Source: Schleiferiaceae bacterium
GTDB taxonomy: Bacteria > Bacteroidota > Bacteroidia > Flavobacteriales > Schleiferiaceae
Direction: 5' to 3'
Assembly: GCA_028357285.1 (NCBI GenBank)
Contig: JAOMWM010000003.1
Coordinates: 41,679-105,678 of the forward strand
Length of the DNA: 64,000 bases
Part shown: one piece after another, positions 36,108-47,530 of the stretch
How the letters are laid out: every line of letters starts with the position of its first letter
How positions within the stretch are numbered: the stretch's first letter is position 1
Program-made: the position numbers and the translations under genes
The notes under the pieces: model-generated
Told to the model about the DNA's origin: nothing
The model's input: the letters and a program-made list of their open reading frames with translations, nothing else
The model's database searches: none

Positions 36108-38891
36108 ATGAGTAGCGTCAGATTAAGTAAAGCGACAAAAGAGCTTAACATTTCCTTAGACCGTGCGGTGGAGGAATTGGCTAAACATGGCCATGAAATT
36201 CCAAATAACCGTAACCATAAAATCACGAACGATCAGTACGAGGTTTTGATGACGGCGTTTGCCGATGACCTTGCGCGTAAAAAGCGCTCAGAAGAGGTAA
36301 GTCAGCAAGTGAAGGAGGAAAAAGAAATTCTTAGAGGGACTAAGGATACGGCTGCGGCCCCTGCTGAAGAAGCAGCACCTGAGCCTGCACCCGTTGAAGA
36401 GGCCCCTGTCGTAGAGGCTCCAAAAGAAGCCGCTCCTGAAAAGCCAGCACCGGCCCCAGAAGAGGTTCCTGCAGCAGCGCCAACTGTTGAAGCAGCCCCA
36501 GAAGTCGAGGCACCAAAAGAGCCGAACGTAGAGGCTCCAAAAGAAGCTACTCCAGCAGACAATGGTGGTTTAAAGGTGATGGGTAAAATCGATTTAGATG
36601 CCCAGAAGCCGAAGAAGAAAGAAGCACCAGCGAAACCTAAAAAGGTAGCGCCAACAAAAAAATCTTCAGGTGGTGGTGCGCACAACGCACCTAAGCCGGT
36701 TGAGCCGACACCAGTGAAAGAAGAGGTTCCACAGACGCCTCAGGATCAGGAGATCAAAACAAAATACGTTAAGATTGACGGGCCAAAATTCACAGGACAG
36801 AAAATTGTACTCCCGGTAGAAAAGCCAAAGGAGAACAAGAAGAAGCGTACGCGCATCAAGAAACAGGGTCCAGGTGGTGCGACACCGGCGCAAAATGATC
36901 CGAAAAATCGCAACAATACTCGCGGTCCTCAAAAGAGAGGCCCAGTTGGGGGTCGCGGACGCAAGCAGCCTGTTGTCGCGAAGCAAGAGTTAACAGACGA
37001 ACAAATCCAAAAGCAGATCAAGGAAACCCTTGAAAAGCTTACTTCTGGAAAGAAAAATAAAGGCGCAAAAATTCGTCGTGATAAGCGTGCTGAACGCCGC
37101 GAAAGAGAAGAACTCGCGGATATTCAAGCAGCAGAAGAAAGCAAAGTATTACAGGTAACGGAATTCGTTACTGTAACTGAGCTTGCGAACATGATGGATG
37201 TATCAGTGAACGAAGTTATTGGTTCATTGATGGGAGTAGGTGTGATGGTAACGATGAACCAGCGTTTGGATGCAGAGATGCTCGAGATGGTGGCAGAAGA
37301 ATTTGGCTACAGTGTCAATTTCGTCGATGAAGAGGTTACCGAAACATTCCTGGAAGAAGAGGATAAAGAAGAAGATTTAGAGTCGCGTTCGCCGATTGTA
37401 ACGGTAATGGGACACGTCGATCACGGTAAAACTTCTTTATTGGATTACGTGCGTAAAGCAAACGTGATTGCCGGTGAAGCCGGGGGGATTACCCAGCACA
37501 TTGGAGCATATAGCGTAAAAGTACACACTGGACAGACTATAACGTTCTTAGATACGCCAGGTCACGAGGCCTTTACAGCCATGCGTGCACGTGGAGCACA
37601 AGTCACTGATATTGCGATTATCGTTGTTGCTGCAGATGATGCAGTTATGCCGCAAACGAAAGAAGCCATTTCACACGCACAAGCAGCTGGTGTTCCTATC
37701 GTTATTGCGATTAACAAAGTTGATCGTGATGTGGCAAATCCGAATAAAATTAAAGAGCAGTTGTCGCAAGAGAATGTCTTAGTCGAAGATTGGGGCGGTA
37801 GCGTGCAGTGTCAAGAGATTTCGGCTAAAACGGGTCTGAATATTGAAGAACTATTGGATAAGGTGATCTTAGAGGCAGAAATGCTTGATCTGAAAGCCAA
37901 TCCTAATAAGAATGCAAGCGGAACTATTGTTGAAGCTTCCTTGGACAAAGGGCGCGGATATATGTGTACTGCACTCATTCAGTCAGGAACAATGAAGGTT
38001 GGTGATTACGTACTCGCTGGTCAACATAGCGGTAAAGTGAAAGCTATGCTGGATGAACGCGGGAACCGCATTAAGGTAGCAGGTCCTTCTACCCCAGTAA
38101 ATCTATTAGGTTTGGACGGGGCGCCAACTTCCGGAGATCGTTTCATCATCATGGACGACGAAAGAGAGGCGAAGCAAATTGCTCAGAAGCGTTTACAGCT
38201 TCAGCGCGAGCAAAGTGTGCGTTCTCAGAAACAGATGACGCTCGAAGAAATTGGTCGCCGCTTGAAGGTTGGAGATTTCCAAGAGCTCAACATTATCCTT
38301 AAGGGTGATGTGGACGGTTCAGTTGAAGCACTTTCGGATTCGTTACAAAAATTAACTACCGAGGAAATTCAAGTGAACATCATCCATAAGGGTGTGGGTC
38401 AGATTTCTGAAAGTGATGTATTGTTGGCTACGGCATCTCAAGCCATTGTCGTGGGTTTCCAGGTTCGACCATCTGCTCAGGCGCGCAAGCTTGCTGAGAA
38501 AGAGGAAGTGGAAATCCGTATGTATTCCATCATCTATGATGCTATTAATGAGATTCGCGATGCCATGGAAGGCATGCTTTCTGCTGAGGTCAAAGAAGAG
38601 ATTAAGGGTACAGCTGAGATTCGTGAAACGTTTAAGATTTCGAAAGTTGGAACCATCGCAGGTTGTATGGTTACAGATGGTATTATTGAGCGTAATAATG
38701 ACGTTCGTATCATTCGTGACGGTGTAGTGGTTTACACTGGAAAACTGGGTTCACTCAAGCGCTTCAAGGACGATGCAAAAGAAGTTCGTCAAGGCTTCGA
38801 ATGTGGTCTTAACATTGAGAAATTCAATGATATCAAAGTTGGAGATATCGTAGAAGCCTTTGGATTCACAGAGGTCAAGCGTACGCTCTAA
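36108..38891 (+). CDS. infB: Translation initiation factor IF-2
   Basis: IF2_N start, Pro/Glu/Ala/Lys-rich spacer, GTPase motifs [21 protein letters not shown], conserved C-terminal domains. Confidence 0.97.
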   Translation: MSSVRLSKATKELNISLDRAVEELAKHGHEIPNNRNHKITNDQYEVLMTAFADDLARKKRSEEVSQQVKEEKEILRGTKDTAAAPAEEAAPEPAPVEEAPVVEAPKEAAPEKPAPAPEEVPAAAPTVEAAPEVEAPKEPNVEAPKEATPADNGGLKVMGKIDLDAQKPKKKEAPAKPKKVAPTKKSSGGGAHNAPKPVEPTPVKEEVPQTPQDQEIKTKYVKIDGPKFTGQKIVLPVEKPKENKKKRTRIKKQGPGGATPAQNDPKNRNNTRGPQKRGPVGGRGRKQPVVAKQELTDEQIQKQIKETLEKLTSGKKNKGAKIRRDKRAERREREELADIQAAEESKVLQVTEFVTVTELANMMDVSVNEVIGSLMGVGVMVTMNQRLDAEMLEMVAEEFGYSVNFVDEEVTETFLEEEDKEEDLESRSPIVTVMGHVDHGKTSLLDYVRKANVIAGEAGGITQHIGAYSVKVHTGQTITFLDTPGHEAFTAMRARGAQVTDIAIIVVAADDAVMPQTKEAISHAQAAGVPIVIAINKVDRDVANPNKIKEQLSQENVLVEDWGGSVQCQEISAKTGLNIEELLDKVILEAEMLDLKANPNKNASGTIVEASLDKGRGYMCTALIQSGTMKVGDYVLAGQHSGKVKAMLDERGNRIKVAGPSTPVNLLGLDGAPTSGDRFIIMDDEREAKQIAQKRLQLQREQSVRSQKQMTLEEIGRRLKVGDFQELNIILKGDVDGSVEALSDSLQKLTTEEIQVNIIHKGVGQISESDVLLATASQAIVVGFQVRPSAQARKLAEKEEVEIRMYSIIYDAINEIRDAMEGMLSAEVKEEIKGTAEIRETFKISKVGTIAGCMVTDGIIERNNDVRIIRDGVVVYTGKLGSLKRFKDDAKEVRQGFECGLNIEKFNDIKVGDIVEAFGFTEVKRTL

Positions 38892-38914
38892 GCCGCGCTT
38901 TTTTAGAATATACA

Positions 38915-38950
38915 ATCCCCCGGGCGCAACGCGCCCGGGGGATTTTTTTT
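38915..38950 (+). terminator. Intrinsic terminator after infB
   Basis: Perfect 13-bp stem ATCCCCCGGGCGC-AAC-GCGCCCGGGGGAT followed by T8. Confidence 0.8.
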
Positions 38951-38977
38951 GCTTTCATTTTTGACTAAAGCACGATG

Positions 38978-40801
38978 CTACCATTTAAAGAGTAACGCTC
39001 CTACTAAGAACAACGCGCCATAAACGGCTGCGATACCCCCTAGCCAGTATAGCACTAGCAGCGGTGTTGCCGGGCCGTCCTTAATCTCAGGATCATCTGC
39101 AACTTTCCAAGCAACGGGCTTCCAGGCTCCACCGGGTCGAACTTTGGCGTAAAACTCTACGAGTGTACTGCTAGATTCTGGAGCGGTTATATACATCGTT
39201 AACAACCACGCGATGGTAGTGAAGCCAACGGTGAAGAAAAAGCTATTGGGAAACGCCCAAGCTAATGCGTAATGGGCAATGGCATAAGCGATAAATGGCG
39301 CTACCGTCGCAGTAATTTCCGCCCACGCATTGATGCGCCACCAATACCAACGTAAAATCAGCACTAAGCCCAATCCTGCCCCACATTCCATGATAAACTG
39401 CCAAACACCAGCGATACTGTTCATTTGCGAGGTAATCAGGAGACCTAAAAATGCCAGTAAAAGAGTGGTCGCTCTCGAAATGCTTAGACTTAAGCGACGT
39501 GGCGCGTTGGGTCTAAGAAAGCGTAAATAGAAGTCATTGATTAAATAGGATGCTCCCCAATTTAATTGAGTAGACATAGTGGACATATAAGCAGCAAAGA
39601 AAGAGGCAAGCAGCATTCCTAAAATTCCTTTAGGTAGGTAATCGCGCATGATGAAGATGTAGCCAAATCTATAGTCTTGCTGGTACTTCAATGCTTCTGG
39701 AAGCCGGTCTCCATAAATAGGTTCCCATGTGGCGACCCATTGTGCATATTCAGATTGTTGTTCCGCGGTAAGGGCTTCACATTCATAGACGCCTGTGAGG
39801 CATTCATAGTTAATAAAATCTGGAGTTTGTTCTGCAAGATTGTTTTGACCACCATACAATGCAATGGCACTTAATGCGACGATAATCCATGGCCAAGGGC
39901 GCACTGCGTAGTGGCCAATTTGAAAAAGTGCGCTCGCTAAAAAGGAACTACGTTCGTCCTTAGTAGAGAGCATACGTTGCGCGCTGTAACCGCCGCCACC
40001 TGGTTCTGCTCCAGGGTACCAAGAGGTCCACCACACCATTCCGAAAAAGGCAAGGAAGGAGGCCAACGAGATTTGGTAGCGCCCCTCAGCACCTCCCTCA
40101 CCTACAGAAGGAAGAAAAGAGAACGTCTCCTCAGGGAGCGCGGCGCGTAGGCCTGCAAGGCCACCAATTTCCGGGGCTTTTAATACGTAATAGGCTAAGG
40201 CGATAGAGCCGGACATGGCTAATACGAATTGGAATACATCGGTATATACTACTCCCTTGAGTCCCGAAAAACTGACATAAAAGACTACAATAAGCAGAGC
40301 AACGCCTGTCCACACAAATGCTGATTCATGAGTCATTCCAAAGAAACCTTCGAGAAGCGTAATCATTGCAACATTAACCCAGCCCATGATCAGCACGTTC
40401 ATGATGCCTCCGAGATAAATAGCTTTAAATCCACGAAGCAAAGCGGCTGGACGCCCGGAGTATCTAAATTCAATAAACTCAACTTCAGTAGTGAGACCAG
40501 AGCGACGCCACAATCGGGCAAAAAATACGGTGGTCAACATGCCGCCTGCTAGTAAGTTCCACCAAAGCCAGTTCCCGCTAATACCATACTGGCCTACGAG
40601 TTCAGTTACTGCTAAAGGGGTATCTGCCGCAAAGGTGGTAGCTACCATAGAAATCCCTGCTATGTACCAAGGAAGGGAGCGGCCTCCTAAGAAGTATTCA
40701 CTGAGCGTTTTCTTTTTACTTCGACCAAAATATAGACCAATTAAAACAGTCGATAAAAGAAGAAGGACGAGAACAATGATGTCCGTTGTGCTAAGAATCA
40801 T
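38978..40801 (-). CDS. Sodium:solute symporter (SSS) family transporter
   Basis: 607 aa, ~14 TM, SSS-type N-terminus (GGRSLPWYIAGISMVATTFAADTPL). Confidence 0.85.
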   Translation of the reverse strand: MILSTTDIIVLVLLLLSTVLIGLYFGRSKKKTLSEYFLGGRSLPWYIAGISMVATTFAADTPLAVTELVGQYGISGNWLWWNLLAGGMLTTVFFARLWRRSGLTTEVEFIEFRYSGRPAALLRGFKAIYLGGIMNVLIMGWVNVAMITLLEGFFGMTHESAFVWTGVALLIVVFYVSFSGLKGVVYTDVFQFVLAMSGSIALAYYVLKAPEIGGLAGLRAALPEETFSFLPSVGEGGAEGRYQISLASFLAFFGMVWWTSWYPGAEPGGGGYSAQRMLSTKDERSSFLASALFQIGHYAVRPWPWIIVALSAIALYGGQNNLAEQTPDFINYECLTGVYECEALTAEQQSEYAQWVATWEPIYGDRLPEALKYQQDYRFGYIFIMRDYLPKGILGMLLASFFAAYMSTMSTQLNWGASYLINDFYLRFLRPNAPRRLSLSISRATTLLLAFLGLLITSQMNSIAGVWQFIMECGAGLGLVLILRWYWWRINAWAEITATVAPFIAYAIAHYALAWAFPNSFFFTVGFTTIAWLLTMYITAPESSSTLVEFYAKVRPGGAWKPVAWKVADDPEIKDGPATPLLVLYWLGGIAAVYGALFLVGALLFKW

Positions 40802-40809
40802 GGCGCGGT

Positions 40810-41253
40810 TTAGTTTCGTTTGCTTGCGAAGAAATCAGTGAGTAATTGGGCACATTCCTCTGCCATTACGCCACTGGTTATTTTTGTTTTTGGATGCATA
40901 GGACCGCCATGTTTTTGGTATCCACGTTTAGCATCGCTAGCTCCGTAAACCACATGTTCCATTTGTGACCAAAAAAGGGCTCCAGCGCACATGGGACAGG
41001 GCTCGAGCGTGACGTACAGGGTGCATTTTTGAAGGTATTTATTGCCGAGATAATTGCTTGCAGCAGTAATTGCTTGAATCTCAGCATGTGCGGTTACGTC
41101 TGTAAGTAATTCCGTTAGGTTGTGGCTGCGTGCTATGATGCGCCCACCAGCTACGATTACCGCTCCAACTGGGACTTCTCCTGCCGCTGCAGCAACCCGA
41201 GCTTCAGCTAAAGCGGCCCGCATATATACATTGTGATCGTTGAGGTCTATCAT
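40810..41253 (-). CDS. tadA: tRNA adenosine(34) deaminase
   Basis: CDA zinc motifs HAEIQAI and PCPMCAGAL. Confidence 0.9.
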   Translation of the reverse strand: MIDLNDHNVYMRAALAEARVAAAAGEVPVGAVIVAGGRIIARSHNLTELLTDVTAHAEIQAITAASNYLGNKYLQKCTLYVTLEPCPMCAGALFWSQMEHVVYGASDAKRGYQKHGGPMHPKTKITSGVMAEECAQLLTDFFASKRN

Positions 41254-41319
41254 CTTCTACGCAAAATAGGGAATTGGCCCACAAGTTTGGCTATTTTTGC
41301 GGTTCAAACACCATCAAAG

Positions 41320-43077
41320 ATGTACAGATCTCATACTTGCGGCGAATTGCGCGCATCACACATAGGACAAACAGTAACGCTCGCCGGTTGGGTTCAGCGG
41401 TCGCGCGAATTAGGCGGCATGACCTTCTTAGATTTACGTGACCGTTACGGGATTACTCAGGTTGCTTTTAATGAAGAGTGGGATGCTGATTTATTACAGA
41501 AGGCGAGAAAATTGGGCCGCGAATGGGTAGTGCAAATCGAAGGTGAGGTAATTGAGCGCCACAGCAAAAATGCCAAAATTCCTACAGGAGACGTGGAGAT
41601 TAAGAGTGTAAAGCTCGTAGTATTGAACGCAGCGAATACCCCACCGTTCACTATTGAAGAGGAAAGTGATGGTGGCGAGGAGCTCCGTATGAAGTACCGC
41701 TATTTAGACTTACGTCGCGGTCCACTACAGCGAAATTTGGCTTTGAGAAACCGTGTGAATATAGAGGTGCGCAAGTATCTAGACGCACAAGGCTTCATGG
41801 ATATCGAGACGCCGTTCTTGATCAAATCTACGCCAGAGGGTGCTCGCGATTTTGTAGTGCCTTCGCGTATGCAGGAAGGTAAATTCTACGCATTGCCGCA
41901 GAGCCCGCAGACGTTTAAGCAGCTGTTGATGGTTAGTGGTTACGATAAGTATTATCAGATTACGCGTTGTTTCCGCGATGAAGATTTACGTGCGGACCGT
42001 CAGCCAGAATTTACACAGATCGACTGTGAGATGGCTTTCGTGGAGCAGGAAGATATTTTGAACACTTTTGAAGGATTATTGCTTCACCTGTTGAAGGACG
42101 TGAAGGGTGTTGAAATCGATAGCGTGCCACGAATGACCTACGCGGAGGCCATGGAACGCTACGGAAATGACAAGCCAGACATTCGTTTTGGGATGGAATT
42201 AGCCAACCTTAATGCATTAACACAGAATCTAGGCTTCATGGTCTTCGATCAGGCAGAGACTGTTTTGGGTATTGCAATTGCAGGCGCAGCGTCATGGACA
42301 CGTAAGCAGATTGATAAATTAACCGATTGGGTGAAACGCCCAGATATCGGTATGAAGGGCATGGTCTACTGCAAGGTCAATGAGGACGGAACCTACAAGA
42401 GCTCTGTAGATAAATTCTATACACAAGAACAACAAGCTGAATGGGCGAAAGCTACTGATGCGAAGCCGGGTGATTTGATTTTAATTTTAGCCGGTGAGGA
42501 GCGCTTAACGCGCAAAGCCACATCAGAATTACGCCTTCACATCGCAGAACAGATGGGTCTGAGAAACCCTGAAGTGTTCGCACCTCTATGGGTAATGGAC
42601 TTTCCACTGTTAGAATGGGATGATGAAACGGAGCGTTATCATGCGATGCACCACCCCTTTACTTCCCCTAAACCTGAAGACATTGACCTTATCGATACGG
42701 ATCCCGGCAATGTGCGTGCAAATGCATACGATCTCGTGTTAAACGGGAATGAAATAGGAGGTGGATCTATACGTATTCACGATCGTGCGCTTCAAAGCCG
42801 CATGTTTGATTTGTTAGGATTTAGCAAGGAAGAAGCAGAGAAGCAGTTCGGTTTCTTGATGAGTGCGTTTGAATACGGAGCGCCTCCTCATGGTGGTTTA
42901 GCTTTCGGTTTTGACCGATTGGTAGCAATCCTCGGCGGTGCTGAGGTTATTCGCGATTTCATTGCTTTCCCGAAAAATAATGCGGGTCGTGATGTTATGA
43001 TTGATGCTCCGGCTACTATTGACAGTATTCAGTTAAATGAGTTAAAGCTTATAACTACTGCGAAAACGGAAGAATAG
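41320..43077 (+). CDS. aspS: Aspartate--tRNA ligase
   Basis: Start set at [11 protein letters not shown] (ATG 41320). Class II motifs [18 protein letters not shown] and [10 protein letters not shown]. Confidence 0.95.
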   Translation: MYRSHTCGELRASHIGQTVTLAGWVQRSRELGGMTFLDLRDRYGITQVAFNEEWDADLLQKARKLGREWVVQIEGEVIERHSKNAKIPTGDVEIKSVKLVVLNAANTPPFTIEEESDGGEELRMKYRYLDLRRGPLQRNLALRNRVNIEVRKYLDAQGFMDIETPFLIKSTPEGARDFVVPSRMQEGKFYALPQSPQTFKQLLMVSGYDKYYQITRCFRDEDLRADRQPEFTQIDCEMAFVEQEDILNTFEGLLLHLLKDVKGVEIDSVPRMTYAEAMERYGNDKPDIRFGMELANLNALTQNLGFMVFDQAETVLGIAIAGAASWTRKQIDKLTDWVKRPDIGMKGMVYCKVNEDGTYKSSVDKFYTQEQQAEWAKATDAKPGDLILILAGEERLTRKATSELRLHIAEQMGLRNPEVFAPLWVMDFPLLEWDDETERYHAMHHPFTSPKPEDIDLIDTDPGNVRANAYDLVLNGNEIGGGSIRIHDRALQSRMFDLLGFSKEEAEKQFGFLMSAFEYGAPPHGGLAFGFDRLVAILGGAEVIRDFIAFPKNNAGRDVMIDAPATIDSIQLNELKLITTAKTEE

Positions 43078-43120
43078 AGTATAGCTTTTTGCTTAGATTA
43101 GGGGTCCTTAAAACCCTATT

Positions 43121-46100
43121 ATGCTACGCAGCTTTTTACTTTCTGTAGCCTTTACCGCCGCTTTTTTACCAGCCTCAGCTCAAAACCGCGAGACTTCAGC
43201 CCTTAGTGCATCTGACATAGCGTCGATGACATGGGTAGAAGCTATGCAAGATTACCGCGTGAATTTTCATACGGTAGTGGATAAATTCAATGCAGAATTT
43301 GATGGTAAGCCCTATGAAAAAGGGCACGGCTGGAAGCAATTCAAGCGCTGGGAATACATGATGGAAGAGCGTGTTGGTGAATCTGGTGTTCGCCCACATC
43401 CATCCGTTTTATATCAAGCCATTCAGCAGCAACAGGCATCTACTACAACAGAATATGGTGAGTGGTCAGTCATGGGTCCTGTGAATGCTCCCTCAGGTGG
43501 TGGAATTGGCCGTATTAATGGCGTTGCTTTTCACCCTAACCACCACGACACTATTTATGCCGGCGCTCCAGCAGGAGGCTTATGGGTAAGTTACGATGAT
43601 GGACAGAGCTGGAATACGTTTACTGACGAATTGACGAACCTAGGTGTTAGTGATCTAGCTATTGATCCTCTACACCCGGATACTATGTACCTCGCAACAG
43701 GTGATCGTGATGCTGCTGACACGTATAGCTTCGGTCTATTAAAGTCTACGGATGGTGGAATCACATGGAACACGACTTCTTTGTCATGGTCTACCTCTCA
43801 GAATTATAGAATAGCAAGAATTATCGTGCATCCAGACAGCACACATATTGTTATGGCGGCTACGAACGCAGGAGTTTATCGCAGTACCAACTACGGTCAG
43901 AACTTCACTCTCGAACAGAGCGGTTCTTTTTATGGAATGCGTATGGGCCACGGAGACACTGTATTTGCTACTACAAACGGATCTAGCCCCAAACTATACC
44001 GTTCACTTGACGCCGGAGACACCTGGTCACAGATGTCAAATGGTCTTCCAACTAGCGGAAAGTACCGCTGTGAGGTCGCGATAAGCTCAGTTCCAGGTAA
44101 GGTATACCTCGTTTACGGTTCTTCAAATTACGGTTTTGGTGGTCTCTATCGCTCTACAAATGGTGGGTCAAACTGGACTCTGATGAGTTCTACGCCCAAT
44201 ATTATGGGTTGGTCAAATAACGGTTCAGGCTCTGGTGGTCAATCGTGGTATGATTTAACCATTGCATGTGATCCCAATTCTGAAAACACCATTTACGTGG
44301 GCGGTGTGAACATATGGAAGTCAACCAACGGCGGAACAAACTGGTCGTGTGTGGGACACTGGTACGGTGCGGGATCAACGCCCTACGTTCATGCAGATCA
44401 CCACCATGCGGATTTTAGACCGGGTACCTCTGAATTGTACGTAGGAACCGATGGAGGTGTATATAAAACAACGAACAGTGGAAGTTCTTGGAGCGATTTG
44501 AACGACGGGATGAACATCACGCAATACTATAAAATTAGTCAGAGCACTTCTGATACCGCGGTTATACTAGCCGGCGCTCAGGACAACGGGTCCCATTTGC
44601 GCAGTACGACTGTGAATTGGTCAGAAGTCACAGGTGGTGACGGAATGGACAATGGTGTAGATGCGGTTAATGATAACCTCATGTATACTTCTATCTATTA
44701 CGGAGACTTCTACAAGAGCACAAATGGCGGTGGTTTTTTCAGTTCTATTAATACTTTATCTGTTTCTGGCTCAGGAAACTGGGTAACGCCCTTTAATACA
44801 GACCCAGTAACTACGAACACCGTATACGCAGGTTTCAAGAAAATATGGAAATCAACGAATGCGGGAGGTTCATGGTCAGCTACCTCTTCAAATAATATTA
44901 GTGGTAATTCAAATATTGACGAATTCGAAGTAGCGCCATCGAATACTGATTATATCTACACGCTTATTAACAGCAATATTTACGTCTCTACAAATGGAGG
45001 AAGTAGTTGGTCTAGCATTACACCTTCCGGCTCGATGAGTCCATCTCCAAATAATATTTCAGGCGTTGCCATTGATCCGAACGATGAAGAGCATATCGTC
45101 ATTTCTATCAGCGGTTATGCCGGTAATAGAAAGGTGATGGAGTCCTTTAATGCAGGTTCAACATGGTCTAACTTAAGCTCAGGTTTACCTAATGTTCCGG
45201 CTACGGCAGTAGCTTTTGAAGGAGGCTCTAGTGATGGTATTTATGTTGGTACCGATATAGGTGTGTATTACACTAGCTCCAATTTTTCGAATTGGATCAG
45301 TTTTAATAAAAACCTGCCGAATGTAATTATTTCGGACATTGAGATTTATGCAGACGATGCCCTTATTCGTATCGGCACGTATGGGCGTGGTGTATGGCAA
45401 AGCCCATTAATGAGTGGCTTTACGAATGCGCCGGTAGCATCTTTTACAGCAGATCCTTTAGCAACCTGTTCTTTAGGTGATACCATTTCGCTTACAGACT
45501 TATCAAGCGGACTACCGACTTCTTGGAATTGGCAGATTTCGCCCTCAACCTACAGCTTTGTAGGAGGGACCAACGATAGTTCCCAATACCCAAAAGTGGT
45601 CTTTACCTCAACAGGTGCATATACGGTGACCTTGACTGCAAGTAATAATTACGGAACAGACGATACAACAGCCTTTCAGATTTTAGGTGTTGGTGGTGCA
45701 CCATTACCATTTACTGAAGATTTCGAGTCCGGTCTCTCCGGTTGGGAGATTGCTAATCCTGACGCAGGAATCACCTGGTCTGCTGCGACAGTAAATGGAA
45801 CCAGCCCAGGAAGTACTGCGATGACGATTAACCATTATTCCTACAGTACCACGGGTGCTTTAGATGAATTAATAAGTCCTGCGCTTGACTTTACAAACGA
45901 TACATTGATTAATCTAGAATTTGAATATGCCTCAGCGTATTATTCAAGCGGTTATAAGGATAGTTTGAAAGTTTATGTGAGTGACGATTGTGGGTCAACT
46001 TGGGATTTAGTGGCGGCTTACGACGGTTCTGATGCCAGTTTCACGACAGCAGGAGCAGTTACCTCAGCATTTGCACCGGCCGATTCGACCTACTGGTGCC

Positions 46101-47455
46101 ACGGCTCGTCTTCAGTGACCTGTCCAACTATTGATTTAGATGCATACAGTGGTACTCCTGGAGTTCGAATTAAATTCGTTGCAGTGAATGGCTATGGGAA
46201 TAACATATATCTAGATAACATTAATATTTCAGGCCAAGCGCAATTCCCGCCAGTTGCTGCTTTCACTGGCGATACTGCCGGTTGTACGGGTAAGACATTA
46301 CAATTCTATGATTATACAGCACCGTCCGCTGCATCTCGCTTATGGTCTTTCCAAGGTGGAACGCCAAGCACAAGCACTTCTGCGAATCCATCAGTGACCT
46401 ACGCGACTCCGGGTACTTACGATGTTAAGTTAGTAGTTGCTAATGCTGCGGGAGTCGACTCAATAGTACTATCAAACTACGTAACCATCATAAGTGCGCC
46501 TTCAGCGGGTATTGCACTTACGAGTTCGACATCTTCTACACTTTGTAGTGGAGATAGTGCAACATTTACGGCCACACCAACCAATGGTGGATTGAATCCA
46601 ACAATAAATTGGATCCTGAACGGTTCTGTTGTCGTAAGCAATACGTTCACTTATGGAGGCACTTTCGCAAACAACGATGTACTTAAAGTAGAAATGGTTA
46701 GCGCAGACGATTGTGTGGCTAATTCAGTAGTAGCCGACTCTATTGTCCTATCAGTGAACAGCCTTCCGGCCGTAACACTCAGTTCGCAAGGTTATGTTTG
46801 TGAATTGGATGGGCCTCAACTTCTTTCAGGCGGTCAGCCTTCCGGCGGTGTGTATGGTGGTTCGGGTATTGTCAATGATAGTATTTATCCTGCAACAGCG
46901 GGAGTTGGTTCTCATTGGGTCTATTATACCTACACGGACGTGACTACAGGTTGCTCGCGGACAAAACAACGTGCAATTAGTGTGCAACCGGCACCCGGTA
47001 AGCCAACGGTTTCTCAGAACACCGCTGGCGAGCTAGAGGCCGCTACGCCTGCAGGAAACTTTACTTATGAATGGTTGGACGCAAACATGGATCCAATTAG
47101 CGGGGCGAATGGAATGACCTTCTTGCCACAATCCAATGGAGATTATTACGTTAGAATATTCTCAAATATTCAGTGTTCAAACGTTTCAGATGCCTATAGC
47201 GTGATGAATATCGGTCTAGGTGAAGCTTTGACTTCAGGTTGGAGTGTCTATCCAAATCCGGCACAAAAAGTATTGACTCTTCGTGTTGAAGGAGCTGCAG
47301 ATGTACGTTTATTAGACGCTTCGGGAAGATTGGTATATGAAGGCCGTGTAAGCGGAGAGGCGCAGTTAGATGTGCAAGATTGGGCACGTGGAAACTATGT
47401 GCTACAGATTATAACCGATGCGGGCGTAGCGAATGAAGCTATTGTATTGCAGTAA
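43121..47455 (+). CDS. Large secreted multidomain protein: ~11 BNR/Asp-box (sortilin/VPS10- or GH74-like) repeats, PKD domains, jelly-roll-like module, Cys-containing Ig-like repeats, T9SS C-terminal domain
   Basis: Signal peptide ..LPASAQ. Recurrent S-x-(D/N)-x-G-x-(T/S)-W motifs (SYDDGQSWN, STDGGITWN, SLDAGDTWS, STNGGSNWT ...). PKD-like FTADP../FTGDT.. segments. CTD GWSVYPNPAQKVLTL..RGNYVLQIITDAG..IVLQ. Confidence 0.8.
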   Translation: MLRSFLLSVAFTAAFLPASAQNRETSALSASDIASMTWVEAMQDYRVNFHTVVDKFNAEFDGKPYEKGHGWKQFKRWEYMMEERVGESGVRPHPSVLYQAIQQQQASTTTEYGEWSVMGPVNAPSGGGIGRINGVAFHPNHHDTIYAGAPAGGLWVSYDDGQSWNTFTDELTNLGVSDLAIDPLHPDTMYLATGDRDAADTYSFGLLKSTDGGITWNTTSLSWSTSQNYRIARIIVHPDSTHIVMAATNAGVYRSTNYGQNFTLEQSGSFYGMRMGHGDTVFATTNGSSPKLYRSLDAGDTWSQMSNGLPTSGKYRCEVAISSVPGKVYLVYGSSNYGFGGLYRSTNGGSNWTLMSSTPNIMGWSNNGSGSGGQSWYDLTIACDPNSENTIYVGGVNIWKSTNGGTNWSCVGHWYGAGSTPYVHADHHHADFRPGTSELYVGTDGGVYKTTNSGSSWSDLNDGMNITQYYKISQSTSDTAVILAGAQDNGSHLRSTTVNWSEVTGGDGMDNGVDAVNDNLMYTSIYYGDFYKSTNGGGFFSSINTLSVSGSGNWVTPFNTDPVTTNTVYAGFKKIWKSTNAGGSWSATSSNNISGNSNIDEFEVAPSNTDYIYTLINSNIYVSTNGGSSWSSITPSGSMSPSPNNISGVAIDPNDEEHIVISISGYAGNRKVMESFNAGSTWSNLSSGLPNVPATAVAFEGGSSDGIYVGTDIGVYYTSSNFSNWISFNKNLPNVIISDIEIYADDALIRIGTYGRGVWQSPLMSGFTNAPVASFTADPLATCSLGDTISLTDLSSGLPTSWNWQISPSTYSFVGGTNDSSQYPKVVFTSTGAYTVTLTASNNYGTDDTTAFQILGVGGAPLPFTEDFESGLSGWEIANPDAGITWSAATVNGTSPGSTAMTINHYSYSTTGALDELISPALDFTNDTLINLEFEYASAYYSSGYKDSLKVYVSDDCGSTWDLVAAYDGSDASFTTAGAVTSAFAPADSTYWCHGSSSVTCPTIDLDAYSGTPGVRIKFVAVNGYGNNIYLDNINISGQAQFPPVAAFTGDTAGCTGKTLQFYDYTAPSAASRLWSFQGGTPSTSTSANPSVTYATPGTYDVKLVVANAAGVDSIVLSNYVTIISAPSAGIALTSSTSSTLCSGDSATFTATPTNGGLNPTINWILNGSVVVSNTFTYGGTFANNDVLKVEMVSADDCVANSVVADSIVLSVNSLPAVTLSSQGYVCELDGPQLLSGGQPSGGVYGGSGIVNDSIYPATAGVGSHWVYYTYTDVTTGCSRTKQRAISVQPAPGKPTVSQNTAGELEAATPAGNFTYEWLDANMDPISGANGMTFLPQSNGDYYVRIFSNIQCSNVSDAYSVMNIGLGEALTSGWSVYPNPAQKVLTLRVEGAADVRLLDASGRLVYEGRVSGEAQLDVQDWARGNYVLQIITDAGVANEAIVLQ

Positions 47456-47477
47456 GATAAAACTTATATAAAATAGA

Positions 47478-47510
47478 AAGCCCCGAAGTATTTGCTTCGG
47501 GGCTTCTTTA
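47478..47510. terminator. Bidirectional terminator between the BNR/T9SS gene and purQ
   Basis: Perfect 11-bp stem AAGCCCCGAAG-TATTTG-CTTCGGGGCTT. Confidence 0.75.
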
Positions 47511-47530
47511 TGTTTAAAAGATTTGGGTGA

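Noticed and set aside
36302-36685. 127-aa antisense ORF and a 20-nt direct repeat GTAGAGGCTCCAAAAGAAGC (36411-36430, 36528-36547) inside infB
   Set aside because: This is the Pro/Glu/Ala/Lys-rich variable spacer of IF-2. The repeat encodes a reiterated VEAPKEA, and the antisense ORF follows from the biased composition. It is ordinary for IF-2.
41233-41319. N-terminal extension of aspS overlapping tadA
   Set aside because: AspRS proteins start at the [11 protein letters not shown]-type sequence. The extension overlaps the divergent tadA start. The upstream parts of the paaI (5363-5479) and ribE (59062-59118) ORFs were trimmed in the same way.
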